A stretch of DNA of 64,000 bases, taken from NCBI GenBank assembly GCA_035511515.1, contig DATKFG010000077.1, positions 1,834 through 65,833 on the forward strand. Direction: 5' to 3'. Below the pieces are notes generated by a model. It searched no databases and was not told the origin of the DNA. It saw only the letters and a program-made list of their open reading frames with translations. The position numbers and the translations under genes are program-made. This DNA comes from Burkholderiaceae bacterium. Lineage in GTDB: Bacteria; Pseudomonadota; Gammaproteobacteria; Burkholderiales; Burkholderiaceae_F. This document shows, one piece after another, positions 63,148 through 64,000 of the stretch. Position 1 is the stretch's first letter. Each line of letters opens with the position of its first letter.

Positions 63148-64000
63148 ATGGCCGAAGCAACCAACGCCCTGGCGCGCACGGCGGCGCAAGCTGGCCCGAC
63201 CGGAAGCGCCGGCCCGGCCACAAGCCGCGAGGACATCCTGGCGCTGTGGATCGGCCTGCTGGTGTTCGTGCTCGCCATGGCCAGCGCTGCCGGCATCGAC
63301 CTGATCGGCTGGGCCGTCACTACGGCCGTGTGGGTCGATCCGGCCAAGGCGCTCGCTCCCGTGTCCAAGAGCTATGCCTTCCTGGGCGGAGCCGGGGCGC
63401 TGGTCGCGACCTACCTGGCGCTGCTGCTGGCACTCACGCTCGGGGCCGTGTCGCTCGGAATCGAGCCGCGCCGCTTCGCGATCCGCTTCACGGTCGTTCT
63501 TGCAATCGCGTACCTGAGCTGGTTCGCGGGCAGCTATGCCCATTTCGCCGTTACGACGCCGGGCGACCTGCAAAAGTTCGGGATCGGCTGGTCGTTGAAG
63601 CTCACCAACGAAGGCGGCTACATCATTGCGCTGCTGGCCGGCCTGGTGATTGCAAACGCCTTGCCCCGCTTCGCCGGGTGGCTGCACGAGGCCATCCGGC
63701 CCGAGCTGTACATCAAGATTGCGATCGTGATCCTGGGCGGGTTCATCGCCGTCACCGCCGCCGAGAAATTCAGCCTGGCCTCTTCCCTGCTGCTGCGCGG
63801 GATCGCCGCCATCGTCGAGGCCTACCTGATCTACTGGGCTGTCGTGTACTACGTCGCGCGCAAGTGGTTTGGCTTCAGCCGCGAGTGGGCCGCTCCGCTC
63901 GCCTCGGGCATCTCGATCTGCGGCGTCTCGGCCGCGATCGCCACCGGCAGCGCGATTCGCGCGCGCCCTGCCGTTCCCATCCTGGTGTCGTCGCTGGTCG
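63148..64000 (+). CDS. YeiH/UPF0324-family integral membrane protein (3'-truncated by the window end)
   Basis: Not in the ORF track because no stop is reached. My own translation from ATG 63148 is open to nt 64000: MAEATNALARTAAQ...ILALWIGLLVFVLAMA...IKIAIVILGGFIAVTAAE...ASGISICGVSAAIATGSAI. Confidence 0.75.
   Translation, partial: MAEATNALARTAAQAGPTGSAGPATSREDILALWIGLLVFVLAMASAAGIDLIGWAVTTAVWVDPAKALAPVSKSYAFLGGAGALVATYLALLLALTLGAVSLGIEPRRFAIRFTVVLAIAYLSWFAGSYAHFAVTTPGDLQKFGIGWSLKLTNEGGYIIALLAGLVIANALPRFAGWLHEAIRPELYIKIAIVILGGFIAVTAAEKFSLASSLLLRGIAAIVEAYLIYWAVVYYVARKWFGFSREWAAPLASGISICGVSAAIATGSAIRARPAVPILVSSLV

Noticed and set aside
1-64000. Mobile elements, prophage, toxin-antitoxin or defence systems, tRNA and rRNA.
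   Set aside because: I saw no integrase, transposase, recombinase, phage structural, nuclease/helicase defence-type or cas-like translations among the credible ORFs. No tRNA-like cloverleaf sequences appear in the intergenic regions. The only repeats are the REP family.

Overview
This is a strongly GC-rich, gene-dense bacterial chromosome segment. Its content fits a flagellated high-GC betaproteobacterium, but the taxon is inference. All homology calls come from reading motifs in the ORF translations; no searches were run.

Block 1 (nt 1-29.3k) is a large flagellar and motility region.
- A minus-strand late array runs fliC, then flaG-fliD-fliS-fliT, a FliK-C-like gene, a FlhB-C-like gene and a TPR-glycosyltransferase.
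- It continues on the same strand into a five-gene cassette. That cassette matches, enzyme for enzyme, the Campylobacter O-methyl-phosphoramidate (MeOPN) donor pathway. This is the most unusual item in the window.
- The rest of the block is flhDC, motAB-cheYZ, fliE, fliFGHIJK and fliLMNOPQR. Readable sigma28 promoters lie upstream of fliC (two), flaG and motA.

Block 2 (29.3-46.6k) holds envelope and housekeeping genes.
- These are a TPP enzyme, a divergent [SDR <- UPF0104 <- GT2] / [ugd -> UDP-GlcA 4-epimerase] locus, algH-like, pyrC, aspA, an Atm1-like ABC exporter, a thioesterase, a phosphodiesterase, a lactate permease and an amidase.

Block 3 (46.6-62.8k) is a molybdenum/tungsten enzyme island.
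- It holds two ModE-N-type regulators and fdhD.
- It holds an AorABC-type tungsten aldehyde oxidoreductase operon with a MoaD-like gene.
- It holds two moeA paralogs, one fused to a PBP-like domain.
- A minus-strand fdhD-mobA-fdsB(NuoE/F fusion)-fdsA formate dehydrogenase operon follows.
- A partial YeiH-family gene ends the window.

A GC-rich palindromic REP/MITE-like repeat family occupies five intergenic sites. I saw no rRNA, tRNA, CRISPR, transposase, integrase, prophage or recognisable defence genes. The many long Arg/Ala/Gly-rich ORFs in the track are antisense or out-of-frame shadows of real genes.
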